Positions 27,607-40,100 of a stretch of DNA of 64,000 nucleotides are shown piece after piece. The first letter of the stretch is position 1. Each line of letters opens with the position of its first letter. The DNA is from Saccostrea echinata (taxonomy: Eukaryota). A program made the translations under genes and the position numbers. Under the pieces are notes generated by a model. That model did no database searches and had not been told where the DNA came from. It saw only the letters and a list, made by a program, of their open reading frames with translations. The stretch covers positions 3,844,001 to 3,908,000 of the forward strand of contig NW_026889750.1 in the NCBI RefSeq assembly GCF_033153115.1, read 5' to 3'.

Positions 27607-27946
27607 TTGATGGGAAATAAAATGGGTAACTTTTTCTTCCATAAATGTCACACAATTTTTTTAATATGATTTATATCTTAATACTTTGCTTATTAATATT
27701 TCACTTTTTATTGCAAAAAAAAGGCCAAATCTGATTTTTCATTGCGAAAAAAATGGCCAAATCTGATATCAATTCTTGTATTTTTGAACATCTTTGACTA
27801 GAATTTGTAATATGCCTTCTACATGTATGGCATAGAAGGTTAAGCTTATCGAGAAATCTTAATTTGTTTCAAGTGACCGGATAATTAGAGCATGTAAAAT
27901 TCAATTTGGATTTTATAAAGCTGTGTCATGTCTCCATAAACTCGTA

Positions 27947-28100
27947 CAGTAAAACACGCTTATAATGAATTGTCCCTTACAGCAAAGTGATATTCATTCA
28001 CCTTCACCTGAAAATATATTGTGAATTCAACGAGTTGCGTTTATAACAAAGCAAAATTGTCCTTCGATCCCTAGCACTTCGTTATAAGCGTGTTTTACTG
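27947..28100. mobile_element. Tc1/mariner-like MITE (TA TSD)
   Basis: TA-cagtaaaacacgcttataa ... ttataagcgtgttttactg-TA; a second copy lies at 36636-36783. Confidence 0.75.
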
Positions 28101-29834
28101 TAGAGGGATATATTTCAGTAAAGAGTCTGAAAATGCAACACCTTTTAATCTTCAAAAAACAACAAGAAGGCAATTTCTTTTCAAAATTTGATTAGGCAGT
28201 CAAAAAAAAAATCAGCATTACAAAAAAAAATCTTGATTGTTTTAAAAAAAAAAAAAATCATGCAAATCATCAAATCTGAAAGATCATGGCACTGATATGT
28301 TATCAAAACTTCAGATAATGGAAAAGGACAGTTGTAGATTGTAGATTAATCTTCTCAAACTAAAAAAGCTTTTTCAAATACACAAAATGCATGTACATGT
28401 ATCTATTCATGTACCTCTTTCTACATGTGCAATGTATCTTAATGGTCTAAAATGTATCTTAATGGTCCAAGTTGTATTTTGAATTCTATTTGATTTTAAT
28501 TAAACATTCAATGGTTGAGAATATAACTTTAAATGAATGCAACACATTTTTTCCCATATGGTTCAGAAAAAATAATCTGCTTATATATACATGTAGCTTT
28601 GTATCAAATGATCAGAATACATGCACTCCATTCGAATATTATGATTTGCAATATAAAATGAGTACCACAGTTTGATATGTTCAGGAAGAAAAATTATAGG
28701 TACTGATTATAAGCAGTATTAAAAAGCATATACAGTATTTGCATACAAAATTCAGCGTACCTGGATACACTAGATGGATTTATCTACACTCAAATTCTTT
28801 CACAAAATTTAGATTCTAATACAAATACATTTAAGGGGGAAAATGAAATATCACTGCTGTTTACAATAAGTAATATGTCATTAAAAAGGCAAAGTTGTTC
28901 ATTTGATTTTTACTGGAAATCTAGCTGGCACCATTGTACAATGTACTTGTGCACTAGATTCTCAAAATGAAATGTCTGATACATTCAAATGGTCCTTTGT
29001 ATACAGTGAAATCACATATTTTCATGGTGTCAAATTTTCTCGGTTTGAAGAAAAAATATAGGTTCGGAGGAATTTGATTTTGGGTTTGGGGAAGTGTTAA
29101 GTAATTATGTATATGAAATTTTTACATTTTGTGGTGAACATGAATTCAAGGGTTTTTTCATACCCAGAAAACAATGAAAATTAGTGATTTCACAGTAGTT
29201 TATGCATACACTTCATTAAATACATGTACCTTCCCCCTCTTTTGTTTAACCTTCAACATTCAACATAAAATCTAGGAAATCTCATTTTCACATGTGGGAT
29301 GAGCTTTTGGTCAAATTACTGTGATGTTTGTTTACTGAATGGTACTTTGGGACATATATACATGATTCTGGTCTACTGTAAAAAGTTATATACAGACTTT
29401 ATGGAAAGATAAAAATAAAATGTTGCAACCAAAGACCAAATAAAAATCTACACATCATTAAAAACACAACAATTGCAGAACAACACAACATAAACTGCTT
29501 ATAAACTGTGTCACATCAAAATACACTTAAGACAAAATTTAAAACTTTCAAATAGGTTTTTAAAAATGATATGATATGTTTGTTGACAACTAGTGATGCA
29601 ATACACACTGTACATGTTATTGCAAGACTGCTTCAGAGATTTGTCAGGAACTTCCAAAGTTGAAGAAAAACTGTGCTATGTCATGTCATGATGAATTTTC
29701 TAAAATGTCGCAAGTTACAAAAGCCAAAATATTTTGTAAATTAAAAAAAAAAAAAATGTTCTTTGAGAAAAAAGAGTTTGTCTAAAGCTGCCAAAAAATA
29801 TCAACCATATTAAAGCAACTATTCAAAGAACATG

Positions 29835-29837
<3 letters not shown>

Positions 29838-29873
<36 letters not shown>
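29838..29873. repeat. (TA)n microsatellite
   Basis: Direct reading. Confidence 0.9.
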
Positions 29874-29879
<6 letters not shown>

Positions 29880-31010
29880 TAAATGTATTGCTATGGTTTT
29901 CTGCAGCAGTCTCGCAAAGAAATTGAATATACTGGGTGGGACTTCAACCTAATAGTTTTGTATATCTACATATAAATTACATTGAATTTATCACATACAC
30001 ATATGTAGACATCATTGCACATGAATTATTGCATAAATAAATACAAAATGAACATGCATGAATATGTATTAAAAAAAAATGGAATGTACACATGGTTGAC
30101 TATTTAAAGAGCCTTCGATGAATTTCTATAGAGGAATGAGATTCTAATTACTAAAAGTTTCTGATATTTATCTAATTAATTAATGGGTTGGACACTGATT
30201 CTCTGTATCTGTAATAGTTGTTACAAAATTATCGGTAAAATACTGTTTCATTTAATAACAGATTCAATATAATGCAGATGGTATTTAATTCTCTTCGTTT
30301 AATTATTTAAATTAATGCATTCAAATTAATTCAAAAAAACTGAATCATTTGATCAGAAAATATATAAATGACAAGTTTAAATTTTATAACACAGTGTCAC
30401 CATAAACAGTGTGCCTCTTGGCAACTGTGAAAAGCATGGTTTACATCATACTTTTAATTGTGAATTTAATCAAATTGTACAGCAGTAAATTTACATGTAA
30501 TTTTATGAATTTGTTGATTTCTTAAAAAGTTGAAAAAAGGAAATGGTTAAGTTTTTGTGCATATTACATACTGAAACCACATTAGTACCATCAATAAATT
30601 GATAGATTGAGGTACATTGTATCACTAAGAAGTACCATATCATTTCAAAAATACCACTATGGTATCATTCCGTTTCATCCTTAATAGTATCCAACCCTAT
30701 AATACAATAGCAAATAATAGTTGACGAGTACTGATATCAAATATATATACATGTACTTGGATATGCATACCAGTAATTAAAATGTGAATATAATTTTAAG
30801 GGAAGAATAAAAACGATCTTATACTTTAAACAATGTGTTCCAAACCAGTCAAAGGTCTTCCCCTAAAAACACTGCTTCCATAGACTTTAAAAGAATACAA
30901 GAATTTTTATAATCATTACATGGCATTTTTTCCTACCCATTAACAATCTGATGAAAAGTGGAACTTTTTACATTATAGTTATTTCTTCAACAAATACAAA
31001 TTAAACAATT

Positions 31011-34000
31011 TTACAGAGCATTATCGTCGTCATGGAAGTCTGTCTCTTCTTCGTCCCTCTGGAACGGCAGGCGGAGACCTTTATTTCGCATTCTCTTCCT
31101 CATAAGGCCACAGCCCACTGCAAACCCCAACAGACTCCCCAGGATGAAACAGCCCACACTAATACCGGCCACAGTACCGGCCATGTTTAGATTGTGTTCC
31201 TGTATCTCTCCTTCACTGAATAAACTGTGGAGGATCCAATTCCATTCTGTATCATCTTCCACACCTTTTCTGGACAGGTCATCTCCTGTCCAAATGACCA
31301 TTCCTGTAAACATTAATAATACTTCCTGTGAACATTAATAAGACATGTACTTATCACTGAAAATTGCTACCAACTATAATTTAATGTTTTGCGCACTTTT
31401 AAAATTAGCAATAAACATTAAATGTGAGTAATAGATGTTTGTAAACACTTTTTATGTCTGTATGTAGCTCTCAATAAAATCATTCTATGTGTAAATAGGA
31501 TTAATAGCATCTATCACTCTATGCCATATTTGTAAATATGTGTGAAGAAATGTTTGAAAACTGTGCACTTATCTTTTCCCAAAAGATCATGTTTGTCAAA
31601 AATTAGAACTGTATCATCTTTCTTAAATTATGTTTCTGAATAATAATTTTGCAGAATGGTCAATTACTATGAACTCTGACCTTTTCAATCTTTGTTTATG
31701 ACCTTTCCACTCTTGCTAAATAGGGAATATAAATTTTTATTACTCTGTAAACTCTTTTTGTCTCAGACATTTTAAAAGCAGCTCTTTTGGTAAAATAAAT
31801 TTTGTTCCACTCCCTTAACAAAACGTAGCACACTATAATGGCTGATTTTAATCAAAATGGATCTGCCTCTAAACATGCTGAGAATGGAAAGGAACTTTAA
31901 TACAATGCATAAAATCTAAATACTGGTACATGTATTTTAAAATTCAGAAATTATGTCACAAATTGTGCAAGTTCATAAAAAGAACACTGACATTTTGTTA
32001 TGTGTAATTTTTTGATGTGCAAAAATAAAAAACAAAAAAAACAAACAAAATACATGATGAATCAGTGCATTTCAGTTGGAACGATCATGTCCTTGTTAAC
32101 AAATTAATATACATATCCTGTGTGTGTCACAGTGACAATAGCAGAGCAATGGCAGAGAAGATAGAGGTGATGGATTCAATATCCTAAACTGAACCAAAGA
32201 TGGGTCATGAACTCCTTTGGTTAGAAACCCCAGATGCTTATTACTTAGGGAAATGTACTTAAGATGGGAAAGATCATTGATTTTACCTTTAAACTGCATG
32301 GATCTGATGTACATGTACTTGTCTAGTAGACTATCATGCCCTTCGTACCACAACTGATGCTGTACATGATTTATCTACAATAATGAAACCTTTGAAGATA
32401 TTTTGGCTGTACCCAAGTTTTGTTTATAAGCACTCTAGTTACTTTTCATAATCATTTTCACAAAGCCGAGTCCATGCAACTTTAGTAACAAAAACACTTA
32501 ACTTATTCCCTCCCATTTCACCCTGGAGTATTTTTTTTCAATTCAAAAACGACAAGAGTTGGGTCAAGTGGATAAACTAGATTTATCAACAACAAAAAAA
32601 ATAAAAAAAAGAAACCATATTCTTAATTCTGTACAAATAATACAGTTTTATACCTAAGTTTTACTTTGAAACTTGCCTAATGGAAATAATGGGATGTTAC
32701 AGAAGCACTTACCATTATATTAATGTAGTCAGATCTATAAATAGGATGATAGTGGTGTGCCTTGGCATTCCTATACTGTTCAGAATAGTTGCCTTTTATC
32801 TCTGCTAGGCTGATTTTCTTCCTTTTAGATGTATCACAGGTACTGCTGTCATTTTTCTTGTCGAAATAACAGGTCAATGCTTCTTTACCTCCAGTCTTTT
32901 TCTAAAAATACAAAAACAAAAAAAAATTACATACGGTGGATTTATGACCAACTTTGATTTAAAACTTGTAGTTTAAAACTTTCTTTTTTTTTAAAGTAGT
33001 TTATAGGTCAAATTAAAGGTCACTAAGTCGGTAAGCCTGTCAGAAAGCTAACTAAAGTGCATACTATCAAACACTGGTCTCATATTGTTCTAAAGGTTTA
33101 GGGCAAAGATTGATTTTTCAAAGAAAATCACATACAGTAAAACTTTTTTCTTAAGAACAGGGATAACAACAAATTTACAGATACATGTATACAGTGAAGT
33201 TTTTTTGGAATCCATGGCAAAAACAATTCCTTGTGAAATTTTCCAGTTATAACAAACTTTGAATAACAAATTTACGCACATAGCGAACTGATTTTGTGTC
33301 CAAATAGAGATTAAAACAACCATATTTACATCTTCTAGAACAAATTTTTAAAGTTCTAAAAATTGAAAAAATTTAATTGACTGTTACGCATGCAAACACT
33401 CAATCACCCACCCACACATACAAGTCCATTACTATATCCCCTCCGACTTCATTACAAAGGCATAAAAAAGAAGGAGGCTAACTCTAGGGGTGAAACGATA
33501 CAACTCCTTCACGGTTCGATACGTATTGTATAATTTTTGTCTTGGTATGGTTATTTTCGATACGATACATTTTGATAGATGGAAACAAATACCTTGTTTT
33601 ATGCTTTCTTTTACTAAATCTAGTACCTTTATCTATGAATTTTTATTAGCAAATTGACTATAAGAAATTGATTAGAATTATTTGACTGTCGAAAACTATT
33701 TTACAGACTATCAGTCATCAAAAATTTACGTTTTCTATACTTATTTATACTGAGTAACGTGTTTTACCTTATGCCAAACCTGACTGAATAACGATCCCAA
33801 CCGAAAAATGAACCGTACCGAAAATTAGAGATCTTGCACCGTGTATCAAACCGAGAAAAAATACCGCGTTGAATCGATACCTCGGTGAACCGTTTCACTC
33901 CTAGCTAACTCTACCCCTTCTAAAAAAGGATAAAAATATCATTTCTAGAAACATCACATTACCATAACCTGTTTCTATCAATAAGAATGTACATCAATCA

Positions 34001-37000
34001 TTGGATTTAAAAAACAGAACACACCTGGATGGTAGAATTACTACAGGTGTAATCATAGCCATGCCAAGGAATTCCAATCAACAGCTTGTCTGGAGAAATG
34101 CCATGATCAATGTATTCTTCTACACCTGAAAGAATAAATAAAGCTTGTTGAACTAATAGATGGATTTTCAATCCTGGTTGGCATAGTATTTCATGAACTT
34201 CATGAAACACCTATCAATATTTATACAAAAATAAGTAAAATACTTAAATAAATTATCATTTATAACAGATACATGTATGAACACTATCAAAATTTGACAC
34301 CTTTTCTGCCTGAATACTAGGTATGTTTAAAATATGTATAATAGCAATCACTGTGATCAAGGAGAAAACCTAATATTTCATAATTTTTGCCATTGTGACA
34401 TATCTCAAGCACTGCCCATTTGATTTTTGTTCTCTTTTTGAGATGCAAAAAAATTACCGGTATATATTATTAATTTCTTTTGATTGAATTAAAGAAAAAT
34501 ATCAGAGAGGGAGATGTATCGTATTGTATAACAATTTAGTTCTGTTATTAAATTAAAACAATTGTCATAGAGATGATGACCTGGCAGAAAGGATAACTCA
34601 GGGTATACAGTTAACTTTTACAAGAAAATCAAACGGTACTGGCAAGACTGGTGAAATATTAATATGTAAAATAGTACAATAAAACAAGCAGAGTTTTCTA
34701 GACAAATCTTTTTATAATTATTTCATTTTTCACTGGGATCAAAAATGTAAGTGTAACCTGATCTAACACATTGATAAAACAAAAAACTTAAGCAAACATG
34801 ATTGAATAAAATGTTCAGATATCCTTCAAAAATAGTTTTGCTTCATTTGAACTTAAGAGATATTTTTTCCATGACCAGTTGGGCTACTTTGATGTCGAAT
34901 AAACTAGAACATCTTTTACTTCTCTGAGTCAGTCAGACAAGCCTTATGTTAAGCACCTGACCTTATTCCATTTCATTATAAAGGAAGGCAATATTAGAAT
35001 TCACCAACTTTTTCCATTTCACAATATTGTACCAAACGTCATTAATGAAGGCAAAATACTTACCATACACCAAGCTTGTCATTGGCATAGTGGCTTTGGC
35101 AATGCAGTTTGTATTGGTATCACATGTGAAAAAGCTTTCAGGACTGGTGATAAAAGCAACACAATGCTCGGTCAAATACTTGGCTAAGCTACAGTCACCA
35201 TTGTAACAGGGAGGTTTGTATGGAACAATACATAGCAGCTACAGAGGAAATTATACCAGTTTAAAAAAGCAGTAGGTTTATGTATAAGAAGTGCTTCTAT
35301 AATGTTTTGTGTAAATAGCAAATATTCAATCTATATTTGTGTAATACCTCTAATATAGCATTTTAGAAGATATGTATCATGTATTAAAATTTAGAACTTT
35401 TAAAAATATACTGTAATTTTTGACATGTTAAATTATATGCTTCCTCATCTCTCTGACTAGAAATTTAAATTACAATGATCACAACCTTAATAACAAAAAA
35501 ATTGACATTCTTACCTCAGCACTGTGAGGAAAAAAATAATTTTTAACCATATATGTCAACAATCCCAGTACTTCCTGAACATGGGTGCTATCAGCAGTAC
35601 ACTGTCCCAACAGATCTAGCAAATCTAGTGCTACATAATCTACGTAAAGCAGATCCCTCTTGGCAGCGACCGTATTCAGCCACTTCTGTAGTCTGGGATC
35701 CGAAGTATTTGTTATAACTGGTACCTTTTCTGAAATTATTATATTAAAAACAGTTTTCGTACGTTTTCAACTACAAGGCTTTGCAATATATATAATAATC
35801 AACTCACTAGAAATTTTCAATTAAAGGATTTTTGAACAAATTAACATTTTATTTTAGTGAAATTACCAATAAATGCAAAGTTGGCTTTATTTTTGTGAGC
35901 AGTGCACATCAGCTTTTGAGCAGTACGATTCGGGACATCCTTTGTAGCAATGACTGTAGTAATCTGGGACCAAGGCCATTTTGTATGGTCTGATGTGCCT
36001 TCTGCAACAACTACTTTCTGTAATGAGATTAAAAAAAACAATGACTATATTTCAAGAAAAAAAATTCCTATATTTAATCATTTTTTAAATGATTAATGAC
36101 CTACAATTTTACTTCATAAATCAAGAGTCAGTGAATGAAACTAAAGTTTCCTTTGAAAGGACTATACATGTGAAAAAATCATCCAGCATTATTTAAAAAG
36201 CAATTATGTCCTTTTAAATATGGCTTTTTCTAGTTTTGCAATAAAACCAAAGGAAGTTACATTATTACATGAAACTTTGCTTACATTGTTACATAAATAA
36301 AACAAACCAAGCTAAATTTGGTCATAATCTCCATGTAAGAGTGTATTAAATTACTATTTGATAAATATACTTTTGGTCACCAAACTGCAAAGAATTTTTG
36401 TAAATTTTCTTAGCACAAAAATATTTAAACTATTTCATTAAATAATTTCAAACCAATGTGATTCATGTAATTTAGCAACACATTTCTATGTAACTAATTC
36501 TCCACTATCCATCAAAGGAATGACCGATTCTTTTTTTTTCTTCAACATGTTCAATCAATCTCCTTCTAATTTTGTAGATAATGAAATGATAAGGTCTACC
36601 CCTCTGAACTATAGTATAGAGGATAGACCTATGTACAGTAAAACAAGCTTATAATGAATTGACACTTATAGTGAAGTGATTTTTCATTCCCTGTGACTTT
36701 AAAATATTATAATCTTAAGGGATATAACGAATTACGCTGATAATGTAGCAAAGTTGGCAATTTGTTATAAGCGTGTTTAACTGTATACTTATCATCTACA
36801 AAACTAGATGGGGAGCACCTACTGTAAACCAACTTTTATTCGCGTGCAAGAAATGTCCGTGAGTTTCGCGACCAACTTTAACTCACGAATATTAATCGCT
36901 GCAAACCATTTTAATCTGCTTTTTATTTGTAGAGAATGTTCCTCCATCGCGAAAATGAATCGTCGAATCGGGAATAAAAGTTGACGCGAATAATAGTTGG

Positions 37001-38511
37001 TTTACAGTATATGTATGTGTAAAATATATTTCCCTTGGTTGCCATCTTTGGGGAAAAACCATAAAATTCTCACATTAGCCTTTGCAACTTTAAGGTTTGT
37101 AACTTTGTCATTTGACTTGAAAATAATTGTTGGATCTTGTATATTGATTGCCCCAGGATGGGGCTATACCCATACACTGAAAGAAAATATATGTTAACAA
37201 TGGCAGCCAATTAATCACAGCATGCCCAAATATTTGGTAGTGTAAAGTGCTTTTTCCCCTATTGACCTCTTGGTTGACCCCACAAAGGGAAACAACTTTT
37301 GCAAAGTGTAGCTTGGACTATAACAATCTCCCTTGCAGAGTTGTAGTTCATTTCTCTCTCAGACACCTCTGCATTATGCAAGTTTCAAGATAGAGGCACA
37401 AAAAGTATCCATATCAGCATGGAAGTGGGACAGGTTGTCCATATCCATATACACAAACGTGCATAATGAATGTCGTTTTCATTTAAGAGGATATCTGAAT
37501 ATTTACATGTTTGACTTTATTTCTTGTAACCTTTAATTAAAGTTCAAAATATTGATCTTATAATCCATTGTATGCCACCGAATTAATTTGATAATTGATA
37601 GTAAATATGGTCCGATTTTGCAATACTAGTCACAAATCAGTTGCTTTATATAGTCCCTAACCTTTTTCGGCTTTAAATACAGAGTCTCTCAACAGATGGA
37701 GACCACTAGATTTTCTGACCTCAGCATAAATTTGCATGTTAAATGAGCTATCTGTTTACTTTACCGACTGACCAATCAGTTGAATGAGTGGCAATGCAAT
37801 ATGGGCTACAACAACTTTCAGTACAAACACAGAGTATTGAAGATATTCAAGATAAAGAGCAATTTTAATTTTCCCATGAAAGATCATTTCAACTCTTTTT
37901 TTATAACATATTTTATTATGTACTGATTGGTAATAATTCAGTACAATGTGAAGTAATCATAGATGTACATGCCTCACAGTTACCAATACAGTGGAATTAT
38001 ATCTTTTGCTTACAAGCGTTCAAAAGCAGCAATGTTTAAAACGATGTTTGAAACAGATTGCTTTTTTGAAAGTCCATAGTACAAAGTAGTAACATACTTG
38101 CAATTTTAATAGACTAAAACAGATTTATCGAACTATTCTGAATAGTTTGATAAAACTATATAGCTAATTCAAGCTATAAAGCTAAAACAGGAAATTGTGC
38201 CATGGACCTGTTTTAGGACTACATCTTCACTGCATTGTGATATTTGTTTAAATCATAGGTATGGTTACATTTTCTTTTCATGCGGTCTCGAAAAAAAGTG
38301 AATGGACATTAAAACCATTCCCCTTCAAAAGAAAACAAAAATAATTAGAACAAACCTCTTCATTGTACTCAAATTTATGCACTCTGCAATAAACTGGGTC
38401 ACACGGACAATCATGATGGATATTGTACTTCACAGCAGAATCAGATGAAATCCCCGATATGAACAGTAAAACATGTACACATAAAGTTAATTTTATCCAT
38501 GAAACCCTCAT
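31011..38511 (-). CDS. Di-N-acetylchitobiase (CTBS, GH18)-like protein, predicted catalytically inactive, type I membrane protein; 8 exons, 455 aa with first exon 1b
   Basis: Exons 38511-38356, 36017-35867, 35729-35515, 35238-35064, 34125-34025, 32901-32713, 32374-32287, 31303-31011 join in frame. CTBS-like motifs CPCDPVYC, WSQITTV, LMCTAHK, SPDKLLIGIPWHGYDYTC, HQLWYE and GMVIW. Signal peptide plus C-terminal hydrophobic helix. Confidence 0.88.
33485..33903. mobile_element. hAT-like MITE with 8-bp TSD
   Basis: taggggtgaaacg ... cgtttcactccta; GCTAACTC at 33477-33484 and 33904-33911; subterminal cgatac motifs. Confidence 0.85.
36636..37007. mobile_element. Two adjacent Tc1/mariner-like MITEs (36636-36783 and 36822-37007)
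   Basis: TA-flanked TIRs cagtaaaaca...tgtttaactg and ctgtaaaccaact...agttggtttacag. Confidence 0.7.
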
Positions 38512-38755
38512 TGTTTTAGTTATGATATCATACGAGTTTGAAGAGAATTATAAACAGTTCAGTGTAGTGACAGTGTACACAAATCAAGAAGCTAGGGACA
38601 TTTAGTCATACTTCCGGAATCACCGATTGTCTTCAATTCGTACAAGATTTATTCGTCTTCAGAAACTCTGACTATTCCAATAATATTTTGTCTAAAAAAA
38701 TATCTTAAAGATTCACAGATGATTCCCAAAACATTTAAAAAACAAAGTTACATAC

Positions 38756-38893
38756 CTCCCTGCTGAACTTCCTTATCTCTTTAGAACAAAGACTAGAGTC
38801 GGAACACACGCATGATTTTACTTTTCTGGTCTTTGAACACGTAAATGAAATTATGAAAATGAAAACAAGTGTCAGCAAACTTGGAAAGCGCAT
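38756..38893 (-). CDS. Alternative first coding exon (1a) of the CTBS-like gene
   Basis: MRFPSLLTLVFIFIISFTCSKTRKVKSCVCSDSSLCSKEIRKFSRE followed by a phase-0 gtatgt donor. Signal peptide plus CxCxxxxxC, parallel to exon 1b and to the CTBS N-terminus. Confidence 0.7.
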
Positions 38894-39429
38894 TTTCCCC
38901 TTAGACGGTAAGTTCAGTTCATGTTCTTCAAACTTGAGTAACTTCTGTGATGTCACATCCGGAAGAACATGCACAATTTAACAAATTTCCTTAAGTAATC
39001 TCCCTTTTTCTGTAAAATAAAACATTTTTCAAATAAAAATACGACAATTTATAACGAATAATAATATTTAAACAAAAGCAGAATAAATAAATTATCTTTT
39101 GTTTTATGTTATAATAAAGTAAAACGAGAATATAAGACAAATTTTTAATTGATTACAAAATGTGCTTTAAAAACATTTTGATGAATGTTTGGAATTTAAA
39201 ACGACCCCCCTGTTTGATTTCATAATCATTAGACGACAGACAAAGTGATCCCTTACAGTTCGAACTCATGTGTCGCCTGTATAGGGTTTAATTAAATTTT
39301 GTATCCTGTGATACACAGGAGATAGATTTTAAATAAAAAAAACGACATTAGAATTAGTAATATGCCAAACAAGGACAGATCATTTCTTTTCAAGATGATC
39401 AGAGACAGATTTATTTTTCTTTCTTCACT

Positions 39430-39790
39430 ACAAGCAACGTGATCGGAAGGTCGTGTGTTCGAATCACGGCCGCGACTGCACAGGCACTTGTTTCGTATAC
39501 GGTGCACCCCTACTTATTTGTGGTAAAAATAAGTAAGGGGTGCTCCGTATACGAAAGAAGTGCCTGTGTGCGACTGACCTCAGTCGATGAAAAATAGGTA
39601 GCAACTGTTCCTTCGCCAAGCGCACGGCAATTTGAAGTGAAAGTTGCGGGTCCTTCGGATGGGACTTTAAAGACCCCGTGTCACGGTAGGGCGTTGGCAC
39701 TATAAAGAACCCGCACTGCTCAATGGCCCTACGTGTCGATTAAAGGTCTAAATTTGAAGCCCTTCACCGTTACATGTTAACGTATGAGTG
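39430..39790 (+). mobile_element. Meta-type SINE, 5'-truncated, interrupted by a 90-bp palindromic micro-MITE
   Basis: B-box gtgttcgaatc; central ccccgtgtcacggtagggcgttggcac...gcactgctcaatggcc is shared with 27320-27606. Confidence 0.7.
39479..39568. mobile_element. 90-bp palindromic micro-MITE with 8-bp TSD
   Basis: cacaggcacttgtttcgtatacggtgcaccc...gggtgctccgtatacgaaagaagtgcctgtg; flanks CGCGACTG and TGCGACTG. Confidence 0.75.
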
Positions 39791-40100
39791 TAAAAAATAT
39801 TTATTACAAAAAGACACCTATACTATATACTAAAACAACACAGGGGCTTCCACCTGGCGTGTAAAAATATTTATTAAAAACACATATACGATATACTAAA
39901 GCTATAAACAACACGTGTTGTTTTAGTATATCGTATATGTGTCTTTTTGTAATAAATATTTTTTACACGACAGGAGCAAGCCCCTATGCACAAGTAGAGT
40001 TTTTACTGCTTGTGTTGATTGATTGATTGTTTGTTGTTTTACGTCCAGTTCGAGAATTTTCACTCAAAGACACGAAGAGAGAGTCGACGTCTATACTAAT

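Noticed and set aside
27187-27651. 154-aa minus-strand ORF
   Set aside because: Antisense reading through a SINE.
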